Positions 44,148-53,919 of a DNA stretch of 64,000 nt are shown in pieces. Position 1 is the first letter of the stretch. The number at the start of each line of letters is the position of its first letter. Source of the DNA: an uncultured delta proteobacterium (lineage in GTDB: Bacteria > Desulfobacterota > Desulfobaccia > Desulfobaccales > 0-14-0-80-60-11); NCBI GenBank assembly GCA_963812015.1, contig CAWETI010000002.1, forward strand, positions 576,001 to 640,000. The letters are read 5' to 3'. The notes under the pieces were generated by a model. That model made no database searches and had not been told where the DNA came from. It saw only the letters and a program-made list of their open reading frames with translations. The position numbers and the translations under genes are program-made.

Positions 44148-44303
44148 ATGTCTAAAGGCTATTTAGTCGATTTCAAGGAATTGAAAGGCAAGATGTCAAT
44201 GGAAATGCTTTTGATACATTATCAGTTGTTTGACAATCTAAAGCTGTCGGCTGGCAACTTTGTCGGTTGCTGTCCGATACACAAGGGGAGTAATGTCCGA
44301 TAA
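44148..44303 (+). pseudogene. Truncated CHC2 zinc-finger (primase-like) gene
   Basis: MSKGYLVDFKELKGKMSMEMLLIHYQL...GCCPIHKGSN, RBS AAGGGGGT; the frame ends exactly at an IS3 end. Confidence 0.6.
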
Positions 44304-44333
44304 CATGTGGATCAGTTTTTGAAGGACAGGTCA
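44301..44333 (-). mobile_element. Isolated IS3 terminus
   Basis: taacatgtggatcagtttttgaaggacaggtca is nearly identical to 42018-42050. Confidence 0.8.
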
Positions 44334-44455
44334 GGTCAGCCTTCGGTGGCACTTTTGTCAGCAAATAATCTCTCCGAACTATTTCCGCCTTCTCTCAGCC
44401 ACCCTCGACCCTCCTCCCCTTCAAAAAACCGCTTCGAACCTGGCCCTCTCACATC

Positions 44456-45925
44456 TCATGAATAATGCGGGCTAACTATGTTTGATATTTTAACAATAAC
44501 CCAAACAATAAAAAATACGATCAGACCTTGACGTAAATTCAGGGCGAAGTACATACCCATGAAGCCATTAAAACAAATCAGTCCGTCTAGTATTGAAAAG
44601 AAGGAAAATTTGAAGGCCAGGGAAGTTCCCGTGGCCATATAGCGCCATAAAAGGCCATGACTGAAGCCGATCATCCAAAAGGCCAAAAAAATTCCCCAAA
44701 TTCCGGCATCAGCTAAGGCTGATCCAATCATAGTAGTATTTTGATTAAAGTTTTCCATATGGAAGTGTCTTATAGTTACCAATCCAGGGTGTTCCTTCGG
44801 AAACGGCAGAATTGGTTCGGGGATGGCGGTATATGCTCCCCAAAAAAATTCTTCCCCCCACATATACGGAATCCCTTTCTGTTCGTGTAGGGCAAAGATG
44901 GCCGCTGGCACTTCAATGGCATTGAATCTATAACCAAAATCATTTTCGATCCGATCGGATGTTTTTGTCAACGTGGCCCGATCTTTTAATATATTGGCGG
45001 TCAACTCCATTCTTTCATTAATAGATATGCCTGTTCCCTGCAGATCCTTATTTGACTGATAAGCTGTTCTGACACCAGTTATTATTAAAAAGAGACCAGA
45101 TAAGATAATTATTGACCATTTAAATAAATCCATTAGATTTCTTTTATTTATCAATTGATACGTTAAGATTGCAATAATTCCCATATCCACGCCGAAAATT
45201 CGCGAATTTATCAGGAATAATATCATCACTGCTATAGACGCTGCTACAATCGCAATTATTTTATAGCGATAATCACCTTTATAATAAGTCAGTACAATAC
45301 AACCTATGCATAAGCCAAATAAATTATACCAAAGAAAAAATATTGCTTTCATCGGATAACTATAACTCATCATGGCTTCTGCGTTAAGACCAATCGCAGA
45401 AATGCCAAATTTTATCGAAGTATATAAATATACCCCAGCCACCATTGGAAATAATACAATTAATAAGATATGAGAATAATGCTGTAACTCAGTGACTTTT
45501 GGAAGTCTTAATTGTAGGGGAATATGTCCAATACCCCGGCCATAGCCTAATTCATAGCCGAGGAAGGCTAGGGGGGCGACCAGATAGATTATCCAGTAAT
45601 AATCCAGAGCTCCCCAATTAAAATATAATTGAGTCCCCCCGCTTAAGGTCGGCAAGGAGCCGATAATAATCCAAACAAACGCCGTGGTCTGAAATATTGG
45701 CCTCAGACTTATTAAATATTGTTCCCACGCGTAGCGGTTGCTCCACATCCAACGAAACGCCAGAACTGTGGAGAACAGAACCCCGCTTCCAAGACATAAA
45801 GTTTGGAAAATATTAAAGGGGGAAACCAACATGGCATAGAATGTAATAATTATAGCCACAACCCCAGTAAATACCAAGGACCGGTAGTTAATGGTTAAAA
45901 CATTATTATTTTTTAAAGGTCTCAA
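44456..45925 (-). CDS. Putative Wzy polysaccharide polymerase
   Basis: Many TM segments with a large late periplasmic loop; AT-rich; located among glycosyltransferases near the flippase. Confidence 0.65.
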   Translation of the reverse strand: MRPLKNNNVLTINYRSLVFTGVVAIIITFYAMLVSPFNIFQTLCLGSGVLFSTVLAFRWMWSNRYAWEQYLISLRPIFQTTAFVWIIIGSLPTLSGGTQLYFNWGALDYYWIIYLVAPLAFLGYELGYGRGIGHIPLQLRLPKVTELQHYSHILLIVLFPMVAGVYLYTSIKFGISAIGLNAEAMMSYSYPMKAIFFLWYNLFGLCIGCIVLTYYKGDYRYKIIAIVAASIAVMILFLINSRIFGVDMGIIAILTYQLINKRNLMDLFKWSIIILSGLFLIITGVRTAYQSNKDLQGTGISINERMELTANILKDRATLTKTSDRIENDFGYRFNAIEVPAAIFALHEQKGIPYMWGEEFFWGAYTAIPEPILPFPKEHPGLVTIRHFHMENFNQNTTMIGSALADAGIWGIFLAFWMIGFSHGLLWRYMATGTSLAFKFSFFSILDGLICFNGFMGMYFALNLRQGLIVFFIVWVIVKISNIVSPHYS

Positions 45926-46095
45926 TTGTTATCGTTTGCCCTTTTTGCAGGAGTGTATTCTTTTAATTTATTGCCAGCCACAGAGTCCACTTGATACTGC
46001 TCCCAAAATTAACCACGCTATAAACGTCTTTCGAACTATCACTTTTTTAAAATAACAATAACATTAGGATCACCCGGATTAGAGGATATCTCTAA

Positions 46096-47271
46096 TTATG
46101 TCTTATTGTATAAATTATTTATGTGTATAAATAAATTATCTAAATATCTATAAATCTTGTAATTATCATTAAATAGATTTATGGCTCTGGATTGATAATA
46201 TGAATAGTTATTTAATAGATCATCAATTTTGTCTTTTATCTGGGTCACATGATTTATGCAAGCCCCACAATGATATTTTTCAATTAGGGACCTCAAACTT
46301 GCCAAATTGGAGGCTATCACTGGAACGCCACATTGGAGATAATGGGCCAATTTACCTGATGACAGGCCAATCGTTTCCACATTTGGCATGAAGGGATCAT
46401 ACAATACCAGGCCGATATCCGCCGAACTATAAACCAAATCGACCTTATCAAAGGGCACGGGGTTGAGAGAAAGCTTTATCCTGCCATTTTTATAATTTTC
46501 ATGTTGCAGTATTTCCTGGACAGCATAGTACTTCTCATCAGATTCATCGCGTTTGACATGAAAGATGAGCACCCAATCATCCGGCCATTGGGAAACGGCG
46601 TCTGCCAGTTCCCGGGATAGCGTATATCCCCCCAAAGCCCCGGCATGCAAGATGATGGTGTGCTCTGGCGGGATGCCAAATTTTTCCCGGAAAAATGACG
46701 ACCTCTGAATTCTCGCCTCCCCTAAAGGGGAATTGGGGATCAGGCAGACCTTGGCCGGATCAGGCCTTAGGCCATTGCTGGCAAAGAGGAGACCCAGGCG
46801 CGTTTCATCCTGGACGATGGTGAGCGCCACCCAGGCATGGGCCCAGCGTTCCAGAAGTTTTAGGGCCTTGGCTTGCGGAGAGTGCAGGTCGTCCCAGGTG
46901 TAGATTTCCAAAGAGAGATAGATCATGGGGGCCCGCAAGGATGGCTGCGCCAGGGCCGCGGCCACCAGTCCCGCTGCATCTGCCGCAATGACCGCATCAT
47001 ATTTTTTCCTTTTAAAGTGTTTCCAGTGTTTTAATACAAATAATACCGGCAATGGCGCCCCGCGGCCGTAAATGCTCTGACCATCTTCCACCCTAAAACT
47101 GTACATCTGGACGTTGGGCTGCTGAAAATGGTACAGGTCACGAGGAAAATAATTATTGTAAACGTGGTAAAAATCGATATTAGCTCCTTTGGCCGCCAAA
47201 AAATCAACCAGGGCGATCAGGGAAGGGATGGTCATGAAGTGACCGAAGGGAAAAAAGATGGCTAAGTTCAT
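46096..47271 (-). CDS. Glycosyltransferase family 4
   Basis: IPNSP, ILHAG, SADIGLVLY, SGKL..YLQCGVPVIAS. Confidence 0.85.
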   Translation of the reverse strand: MNLAIFFPFGHFMTIPSLIALVDFLAAKGANIDFYHVYNNYFPRDLYHFQQPNVQMYSFRVEDGQSIYGRGAPLPVLFVLKHWKHFKRKKYDAVIAADAAGLVAAALAQPSLRAPMIYLSLEIYTWDDLHSPQAKALKLLERWAHAWVALTIVQDETRLGLLFASNGLRPDPAKVCLIPNSPLGEARIQRSSFFREKFGIPPEHTIILHAGALGGYTLSRELADAVSQWPDDWVLIFHVKRDESDEKYYAVQEILQHENYKNGRIKLSLNPVPFDKVDLVYSSADIGLVLYDPFMPNVETIGLSSGKLAHYLQCGVPVIASNLASLRSLIEKYHCGACINHVTQIKDKIDDLLNNYSYYQSRAINLFNDNYKIYRYLDNLFIHINNLYNKT

Positions 47272-47295
47272 GAACTGTCCTAAATCAGGGTCAGG

Positions 47296-48270
47296 TTAAC
47301 TGTTCAGCCAGTCCGTCTTGGCCAGCAGCCGGCGAAATTTCAGGTCCTTTGCCAGTAGGATAACATAACGCAGCCGTGAGAGGTGTAATGCCAAGCCGAG
47401 GCGGAATCTCAAGGAGGCAGATTTATCCGCGCCCTCAGCCATCTGCTTGGCGCTCAACCATCCCAGCTTGATCATCGACAGGCCGATCCTTCCCAGCCTG
47501 ATGAGTAGCTCCGAGGATTCGGGCACTCTTCCGGAAAAGTGGGAATATTCCGCACTGGCGCCTTGATTGGCCATGCGTCGACAGAAATAGGGGACCGTCA
47601 TCCTTTCCGGGGGAATGTGGTGATAGACCAAGGCTTGTGGAACATAACCGATGAGCAGACCGTGATTGCTGATTTTGCGGTTCAGGCCGCTTTCTCCGTC
47701 GCCTATCCATAAATCTCCGATGGATTCGGGATGAAACCCTCCCATTTCGAAGAGCACCCGGCTTCTGATGGCCATATTCACGCCAAAAAAGGATATGCCC
47801 CGGTCCAGGTGAAATTCCTGGTAGGGTTCCATGAGACTCAAGATACCGAAGCCGGAGTTTGTTCCCATGAAATCGAGCAGCCAGCGGGGAGGCGGAGCTG
47901 CCCACACCGGCCGCACCGGGCCTCCGGCCGCGGCCATCTCTGGATAGTCAGCAAACGCGCGAGCATAAGCTGAAAGCCAATCAGGGGAAAAGGTCGCGTC
48001 GTCGTCGGTAAATACTAAGATTTCTCCAGTCGCTGCTCTCCCTCCTGCATGTCTGGCGTAATGCAGCCCACATTCTGGCTCTGCCAGATAGCGGATAGGG
48101 ATTTTGGCACTGCGATTTAACTTGTCGACCATTTTATCGATTTCAGGGTCGGCGGCATTATCCACTACTAAGATTTCAAACCTGGAGAGGCTTTGCCTCT
48201 GTAGGCTGAGGAGTCCCTGCTTCAGCGTTGCTCGACGGTTGTAAGTGGGGATAATTACCGAGATATCCAG
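47296..48270 (-). CDS. Glycosyltransferase family 2
   Basis: Frame extends upstream of the track start to (CTG)DISVIIPTYNR...FEILVVDN; FTDDD; start codon uncertain. Confidence 0.85.
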   Translation of the reverse strand: MDISVIIPTYNRRATLKQGLLSLQRQSLSRFEILVVDNAADPEIDKMVDKLNRSAKIPIRYLAEPECGLHYARHAGGRAATGEILVFTDDDATFSPDWLSAYARAFADYPEMAAAGGPVRPVWAAPPPRWLLDFMGTNSGFGILSLMEPYQEFHLDRGISFFGVNMAIRSRVLFEMGGFHPESIGDLWIGDGESGLNRKISNHGLLIGYVPQALVYHHIPPERMTVPYFCRRMANQGASAEYSHFSGRVPESSELLIRLGRIGLSMIKLGWLSAKQMAEGADKSASLRFRLGLALHLSRLRYVILLAKDLKFRRLLAKTDWLNS

Positions 48271-48375
48271 AACAACACCTTTACTTTAAGACCCATAGCC
48301 TATTCCTAATAATCTTTATCAAAATGCATAATTAATAGACCATCTAAGTTAGTTTTATTATAGTAATGACACATA

Positions 48376-49854
48376 TCAATTAAACGCAGCTCTTTTTACC
48401 AGGCGTGCAGTTTGCAATATATGCGAGCAATCCAGGAGCCAAAGAGATAAGCCATAAGTGATAACACCAAGTCCCATCAGAATAATCAACGTAAAGGTCT
48501 GCCCAAGGCCAGTAGATGTTAGTAAAAAGAGATACTTAGTCCCTGCGACAGCCAGTGACATTGTAAGGGTCGAAATGATTAGTCGCCTGCCATCTTGCCA
48601 CAAGTAATAAGGGGAGACGTCCAGCAGGCGGGCGCTGAGATAGCCGTGCAAGGGAATTCCCAGCAAGTGCAAGATGATCTGACAACCAATGAAGACCAAT
48701 AACCCCATGGGAGCGGTAAGTAAATAGACCGGCAGATAGAAAAGGATTGATATGAATAGCAGTTTTGTATTGAGATCGGGGCGGCCCAGGGCCCGATAGA
48801 CTTCGGTATTGATCCCCACCAGCCAGGAGATGCCTTGAGCCAGACCCAGGAGGCTGAGTACCGGGCCCAGGCCTTCCCACTTCTGGCCGAAGAGCACCGT
48901 GGCGATCTGCGGTCCCACCAGGAAGAGCCCGGCGCCCATGGGCAAGGCCAGGGAAATAATCACCCGGTTCACCTTGTGAAAGGTGGCCTTAAGAACTTCG
49001 AGGTCGTCCTGGAGGCGGGAAAAAGTTGGGTAGAGCGCCGGGAGAAAGGGGTTGAGGATAAGGCCGATGGTAACGGCGCAGAGGTTCCAGCCCACGGTGT
49101 AAAGCCCCAGGGCCTCGGGGCCGAGAACGCGGCCCACCACCAGCTTGTCCCCCCAGACGAAGAACCATCCCAGGAGATTTTCCAGCATCACCCAGAGGCC
49201 AAAGCCGAAGAGGCGGCGGGCCAGAGGCCGGTCGAAAGCAAGCCGGGGCCGCCAGGGGCTTTTGAGCCACAACAGGAGCAGGTTCAAGAGGGAGGCGCAT
49301 AGAGAGCCGGCCACCAGGGCCCAGACGCCGTAGCCGGCATAGGCCAGGGGGATGGAAAGACCGGCGGGGAGGACCGCGGTGGCCAGGTTGACCCAAAAGA
49401 GCCAGCGAAAATCCAGCTCTCGGACAAAGAGGTTTTGTTGCGCCGCCACGAAGGAGTTGATCACGATTAGGAGGCCGAGAACCCTGAGCACCGGCAGGGA
49501 GGCGGGGCTGTGAAAGAAGGCGGCGACCCAGGGAGCAGCCAGGAAGAGCCCCGCATAAAGCGGCAGGCTCAGGGCCACGTTGGCCCAGAAGATCACGTTA
49601 GCGGCCTGCTCCGGCGCTTCTTGGGTCTGGATCAAGGCCCGCCCCAGGCCGGCATCCCAGAAATGTTGGGAGAAGCTGACCACGACCATGGCGGTGGCCA
49701 TAACCCCGAAATCATTGGGGGTGAGGAGCCGGGCCAGGATGAGGAAGATTAGGGGCTGGGCGGAGCGGGACACCAGCTGCATCAGCCCCAGCCACTTGAA
49801 GGAGCCCACGGCCTTCTGGAGGACAGAATCCGAAGTGGGCTTGTTCGAGGTCAT
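48376..49854 (-). CDS. wzx: Wzx flippase (WzxC-like)
   Basis: LARLLTP.DFG, GLGRALIQ, GVWALV, GLY, ~12 TM segments. Confidence 0.88.
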   Translation of the reverse strand: MTSNKPTSDSVLQKAVGSFKWLGLMQLVSRSAQPLIFLILARLLTPNDFGVMATAMVVVSFSQHFWDAGLGRALIQTQEAPEQAANVIFWANVALSLPLYAGLFLAAPWVAAFFHSPASLPVLRVLGLLIVINSFVAAQQNLFVRELDFRWLFWVNLATAVLPAGLSIPLAYAGYGVWALVAGSLCASLLNLLLLWLKSPWRPRLAFDRPLARRLFGFGLWVMLENLLGWFFVWGDKLVVGRVLGPEALGLYTVGWNLCAVTIGLILNPFLPALYPTFSRLQDDLEVLKATFHKVNRVIISLALPMGAGLFLVGPQIATVLFGQKWEGLGPVLSLLGLAQGISWLVGINTEVYRALGRPDLNTKLLFISILFYLPVYLLTAPMGLLVFIGCQIILHLLGIPLHGYLSARLLDVSPYYLWQDGRRLIISTLTMSLAVAGTKYLFLLTSTGLGQTFTLIILMGLGVITYGLSLWLLDCSHILQTARLVKRAAFN

Positions 49855-50651
49855 GCAGTTGCCTCAGGCCCGGAACGACCGACCACCAGAACATTCCAGG
49901 TGTCCTCGGACGGGCTTCGGGAAAGGTCCGGGAAAGCGGAGACGATCAGTGGCTCCAGGGCGTTCAGACTGAGAAAGAGAAACAATTCCTGGGGAAAGAA
50001 ATAGCGGACGTGGTGGCTTTCCTGGGTCGCACGGACCAGGCGGTCGCCCGCAAGCTGCCAGACGCGGTAATTGACTTCGCAAACTTGCCTGAAGGTGTCC
50101 AGAGAGGCAGAAGTGGCCCGGAGGATTTGACCTTCGGTGGTGGCAATGACCTTGAGGCGGTCGCCGGGACGCAGGGCCAAGACCGCCGGGCCGTACCAGA
50201 CATCGGCCACGAACAGCCCGCCGGGGCACAGGTGGCGGCGTACTCCGGCCAAAGCCGCAAGCACCTCTTCGTTGGACAGCTGGTAACTCAACACGGCAAA
50301 CATCATTAATACAGCATCAAATTTGCGGCCCAAAGCAAATGTGCGGACATCTCCCTGATGGAAAGCAGGGAGATGACCACTTGGTCCTTTGGGGAAGAAC
50401 TCGGCCTTTTGCCGGGCTCCGGCCAGCATTTCCAGGGAGCGGTCCACCCCGGTGACCCGGTAGCCCCGGCGGGCCAGCGGGAAAGCGTGGTTGCCGGTGC
50501 CGCAGCCCAGGTCCAGGATGCTGCGAACCGACCCATTACCGTATCGGCGAAAGACTTCCTCCAGGAGGTCGCACTCAGCCTCATAATCCTTGTCTCTATA
50601 AAACTGGTCATAAAGTTCGGCGTAATGGCCTTGGAAGACGCGCTCCGTCAT
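49851..50651 (-). CDS. Class I SAM methyltransferase (TylM1/DesVI-like N-terminus)
   Basis: YAELYD..Y.DKDYEAE, ILDLGCGTGNH, GVDRS..ML..A, HL.PGG. Confidence 0.85.
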   Translation of the reverse strand: MTERVFQGHYAELYDQFYRDKDYEAECDLLEEVFRRYGNGSVRSILDLGCGTGNHAFPLARRGYRVTGVDRSLEMLAGARQKAEFFPKGPSGHLPAFHQGDVRTFALGRKFDAVLMMFAVLSYQLSNEEVLAALAGVRRHLCPGGLFVADVWYGPAVLALRPGDRLKVIATTEGQILRATSASLDTFRQVCEVNYRVWQLAGDRLVRATQESHHVRYFFPQELFLFLSLNALEPLIVSAFPDLSRSPSEDTWNVLVVGRSGPEATA

Positions 50652-51781
50652 GATAGAGCCCGCCTCACCGCCTGGCAGACCTGTTCAAGCTGGTCCTTGG
50701 TCAGGGTAAGGCCAGAGGGGAGGTAGAGCCCCTGGCGCGATAGACGTTCAGCTACCGGGTAGCGCTCGCCTTTAAACCAGCCGCGCTCCAGAAAAACCGG
50801 TTGTTCGTGCATCCCCAGGAAGAAGGGACGGGTCTCCACCCCCGATGCCTTTAGGCGCTGGGCCAGGTCGAGAGCGGTAAGGCCGGTGGCCTCATCCAGA
50901 ACCACGCCGTACATCCAGTAAACCTGCCGGGCCCAGGACTCTTCCACGGGTAACTGTAAGGCAGGCAGATCCCGCAGATTTTCCGTATAGGCCTGCCCCA
51001 TCCAGCGTTTATGGGAGATAATTTCGGCCAAACGCTCCAGTTGAGCCAGGCCGATGGCGGCCTGGAGGTTGGTCAGACGAAAATTGTGGCCCATTTCGGT
51101 GTGCAAGAAGCGCTGCTCCGGACGAAAACAGAGATTGCGCAAACTACGGGCCTTGGCTGCCAGATCAGGGTCGCGGGTCAGGAGCATCCCCCCCTCGCCC
51201 ATGGTGATTAGCTTGTTGGCGTAGAAGCTGAAGACGCTCAGATCCCCTAATCCTCCGCAACGGCGCCAGGTAGGCTGGTGATCATGGCGGCCAGCAAGAT
51301 ATTCGGCGCCGTGCACTTCGGCTGCGTCCTCAATGACCATGAGGTTATACCGGTGGGCCAGGTCCCTCACGGCATCCATATCCACGGGATGGCCGTAGAT
51401 GTGCACTGGCATGAGGGCCCTGGTTCTATGGGTTATTCTGGCTTCGATTTGATGCACATCCATGCACCAGGTGCGAGGGTCGGCATCCACCAGCACCGGC
51501 ATGCCGCCATTATAGACCACCGCCAGGGCGCAGGAGATAATGGTAAAGGTGGGGATGATCACTTCGTCGCCCGGCTTGAGACTGAGGCAGGCCACGGCTA
51601 CCTGGAGGGCGGTGGTGCCGTTGCTAAGAGCGATACCGTATTTCATGCCGCAGTAGGCGGCCCATTTTTCTTCGAATTCTTGGATGAAGCGCCCCGCGGA
51701 AGAAATCCATCCGGTGCGGAGGCATTCTGTGACATATTGCAGTTCACGGTTACCCAGGAGAGGCTCATTTACTGGGATCAT
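50648..51781 (-). CDS. DegT/DnrJ/EryC1/StrS sugar aminotransferase
   Basis: GWISS.G, NGTTAL, VHIYGHP, EDAAE, FSFYANKLIT.GEGG, LYLPS. Confidence 0.93.
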   Translation of the reverse strand: MIPVNEPLLGNRELQYVTECLRTGWISSAGRFIQEFEEKWAAYCGMKYGIALSNGTTALQVAVACLSLKPGDEVIIPTFTIISCALAVVYNGGMPVLVDADPRTWCMDVHQIEARITHRTRALMPVHIYGHPVDMDAVRDLAHRYNLMVIEDAAEVHGAEYLAGRHDHQPTWRRCGGLGDLSVFSFYANKLITMGEGGMLLTRDPDLAAKARSLRNLCFRPEQRFLHTEMGHNFRLTNLQAAIGLAQLERLAEIISHKRWMGQAYTENLRDLPALQLPVEESWARQVYWMYGVVLDEATGLTALDLAQRLKASGVETRPFFLGMHEQPVFLERGWFKGERYPVAERLSRQGLYLPSGLTLTKDQLEQVCQAVRRALS

Positions 51782-52208
51782 TTGCCTGCTCACTTTCTTC
51801 GAATCGCGCTTTGTCATCATACCCGGCATAGGGCCCTTGCTTGATTTCGATCATAGCCGTATCTTCCAGCATCTCAAAAGAGTGGCCACCGCCGCAGAGC
51901 AGGATGACGTCCCCGGTTGTCAGGATGTAAGAGTCGATGAATTGTTTTTCTGAAGAATAGAGATTCACTTTTGTGCGACCGTGACGAATAAGTAAGACTT
52001 CTTGCGTATAAAGGACTTGCCGGGATACCAGATTATGGACATGGGGTGCAATCTTTGTTCCTTTGGGGTGACGCATGAATCCAACTTGTTGCGAAAAATT
52101 GATAGGGGTAAAAAAGTGAACCCCGGGTTCATCATATTTGGCCCGGATGATCAGAGCAATTGGCTCCAAGCCGTGGATGATAGTTTCCATCAAATGATCG
52201 CCACTCAT
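51765..52208 (-). CDS. Cupin-fold protein (possible NDP-sugar isomerase)
   Basis: PHVH, QEVL....G, GGHSF, EIKQGPY. Confidence 0.7.
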   Translation of the reverse strand: MSGDHLMETIIHGLEPIALIIRAKYDEPGVHFFTPINFSQQVGFMRHPKGTKIAPHVHNLVSRQVLYTQEVLLIRHGRTKVNLYSSEKQFIDSYILTTGDVILLCGGGHSFEMLEDTAMIEIKQGPYAGYDDKARFEESEQANDPSK

Positions 52209-52258
52209 AAAATCTCCGATTAAATTTTGTTCCTTATAGGCAATTTTCCATCCATTTA

Positions 52259-53371
52259 TTACTCAGAGCATATAACTGATTAACTTTTTATGCTGCATAT
52301 TGGACATGTTTCCCTTGGAAAAAGTTGGCGACTATGTCCGGTTTACATTGGCGACTCCGTAGGTAGCTCCTGACCTTCCCCATCAACTCCGTTTGATTAT
52401 TAGGCCGTTGACGCCCCAGGGCATTGGTTTTGACATCATGATTGAGCAATTCGTCCGGGTTGATCTCCGGACTATAGCTAGGTAGAAAAACTAACCGACG
52501 GCGCTCCTCATTTTCTTTGACCCAGTTTTTCACCTTGAGGGAGCGGTGGACCGGGTGACGGTCGATGATGAGATATACCCGGCGATCACTCTGACGGAGC
52601 AAGCGCCGGAGAAACTCTAAGAAAACTGGGGCAGTAAAACGCTCTTTGCAAACTATGAAGTTTAAGCGCCCCTGATTGGTAATGGCAGAAATCATGTTGC
52701 AGCCGAAGCGCTGACCCGTGGCCAAGATCACGGGCGTCTGTCCCTTGAGGCCATAAGAGCGCCCCACGGCATGGTCTGACCGCAGCCCCATTTCATCGCC
52801 CCAGTATATTTGGGTCTTCTCTCTCTGTGCCTGGCGGCGAATACTGGGATACTCTTTCTCAAGCCATTGCCGGACCTGCTCCGGATTTTGTTCCCAGGCC
52901 CGCCGCGCCGGTTTTTGCGGGGTGAAGCCCCAGCGTTTGAGATAACGGCCTACGGTCCAGACTGACACCTGTAAGCCAAACCGGCGTTTAATGAGGAGCG
53001 CTACCGCTTCCCGGGTCCAGAGGTAAAAAGGCAATTTGAGTTGTTCCGCATGATGATCAATGACCGTCTTGGCAATTTGTGCAGCCTGCCAAGGCAGGAG
53101 CTTTCCTCCTTTCGGACGGCCTTTCCGTTTCGATTTAAGCGCTCCTTGGCCCTGAAGGCCATACCCTTTCACCCATCCACAGATGATTTGCGGTGCAACT
53201 CCACAGAGCCTGGCAACTTCTCTCTGTTTTTTACCGTCCAATACCGCTTTAACGGCTAATTGGCGTAGATGTTCTTGCGCAGATGATGGAATGGAGCGAG
53301 CATCGACTTTTTGCATGCAATATCTATAGCATAAGCCCCTAAATAGTTAATCTATTTATTGCGTTGAGTAA
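52259..53371 (-). mobile_element. IS630-family insertion sequence
   Basis: TIRs ttactcagagcatataactgattaact / agttaatctatttattgcgttgagtaa flanked by TA at 52257-52258 and 53372-53373. Confidence 0.9.
52288..53316 (-). CDS. IS630 family transposase
   Basis: LWTR, GFTPQKP, WGDEMG, LIIDRHPVH, LPSYSPEINPDE. Confidence 0.94.
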   Translation of the reverse strand: MQKVDARSIPSSAQEHLRQLAVKAVLDGKKQREVARLCGVAPQIICGWVKGYGLQGQGALKSKRKGRPKGGKLLPWQAAQIAKTVIDHHAEQLKLPFYLWTREAVALLIKRRFGLQVSVWTVGRYLKRWGFTPQKPARRAWEQNPEQVRQWLEKEYPSIRRQAQREKTQIYWGDEMGLRSDHAVGRSYGLKGQTPVILATGQRFGCNMISAITNQGRLNFIVCKERFTAPVFLEFLRRLLRQSDRRVYLIIDRHPVHRSLKVKNWVKENEERRRLVFLPSYSPEINPDELLNHDVKTNALGRQRPNNQTELMGKVRSYLRSRQCKPDIVANFFQGKHVQYAA

Positions 53372-53919
53372 TAAATACTATCTTTCGAGCTGTTTTTCCC
53401 AATGCTTAACTGCAAATTCCAGCATGATATACATACCTAAGGTTATTGTTGAGAGATTGGCAATCCAAAAAATTCCAGATAGCTCTTGACAACGGGGATA
53501 TAGGAAGAGTCTTCCTTGAGTCAGCGGTCCCGGGCTGCCGCGGCGATTTGCCGGCGAGCTGCGTCACGTGATGGATCAAGCCAGTAACTTAGTTTTTCTC
53601 GAAGTTCCCTTGCGAAGCGCCGGAAAAACGTCCACAACATTCCCCTTAGGTATTACCCAGATTTCGATGATCTTGCTGCTTATTTACAATTATTAATCAT
53701 AATTATACTTTATTTGTAAAATATTTTCGTCCAAAACTGATTTGGAGAGTCGATTATCTTTAATGGAATGCACATGTGACAAAGGGCCATAATATGCAAC
53801 TCGATATATCCGGAGAAAAACACAGGAAGAGTGCATTTGAAGCCTCTTTAAATATTTTGCCTAAAGTTATGCAGCCGATCTTTTACCCAACCTATGTGTC
53901 CGGTAAGTTGAGAAAATAC

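Noticed and set aside
53372..53919. Possible ncRNA or gene between IS630 and wzc
   Set aside because: A short GC-rich patch in AT-rich DNA with no convincing ORF, RBS or known structure.
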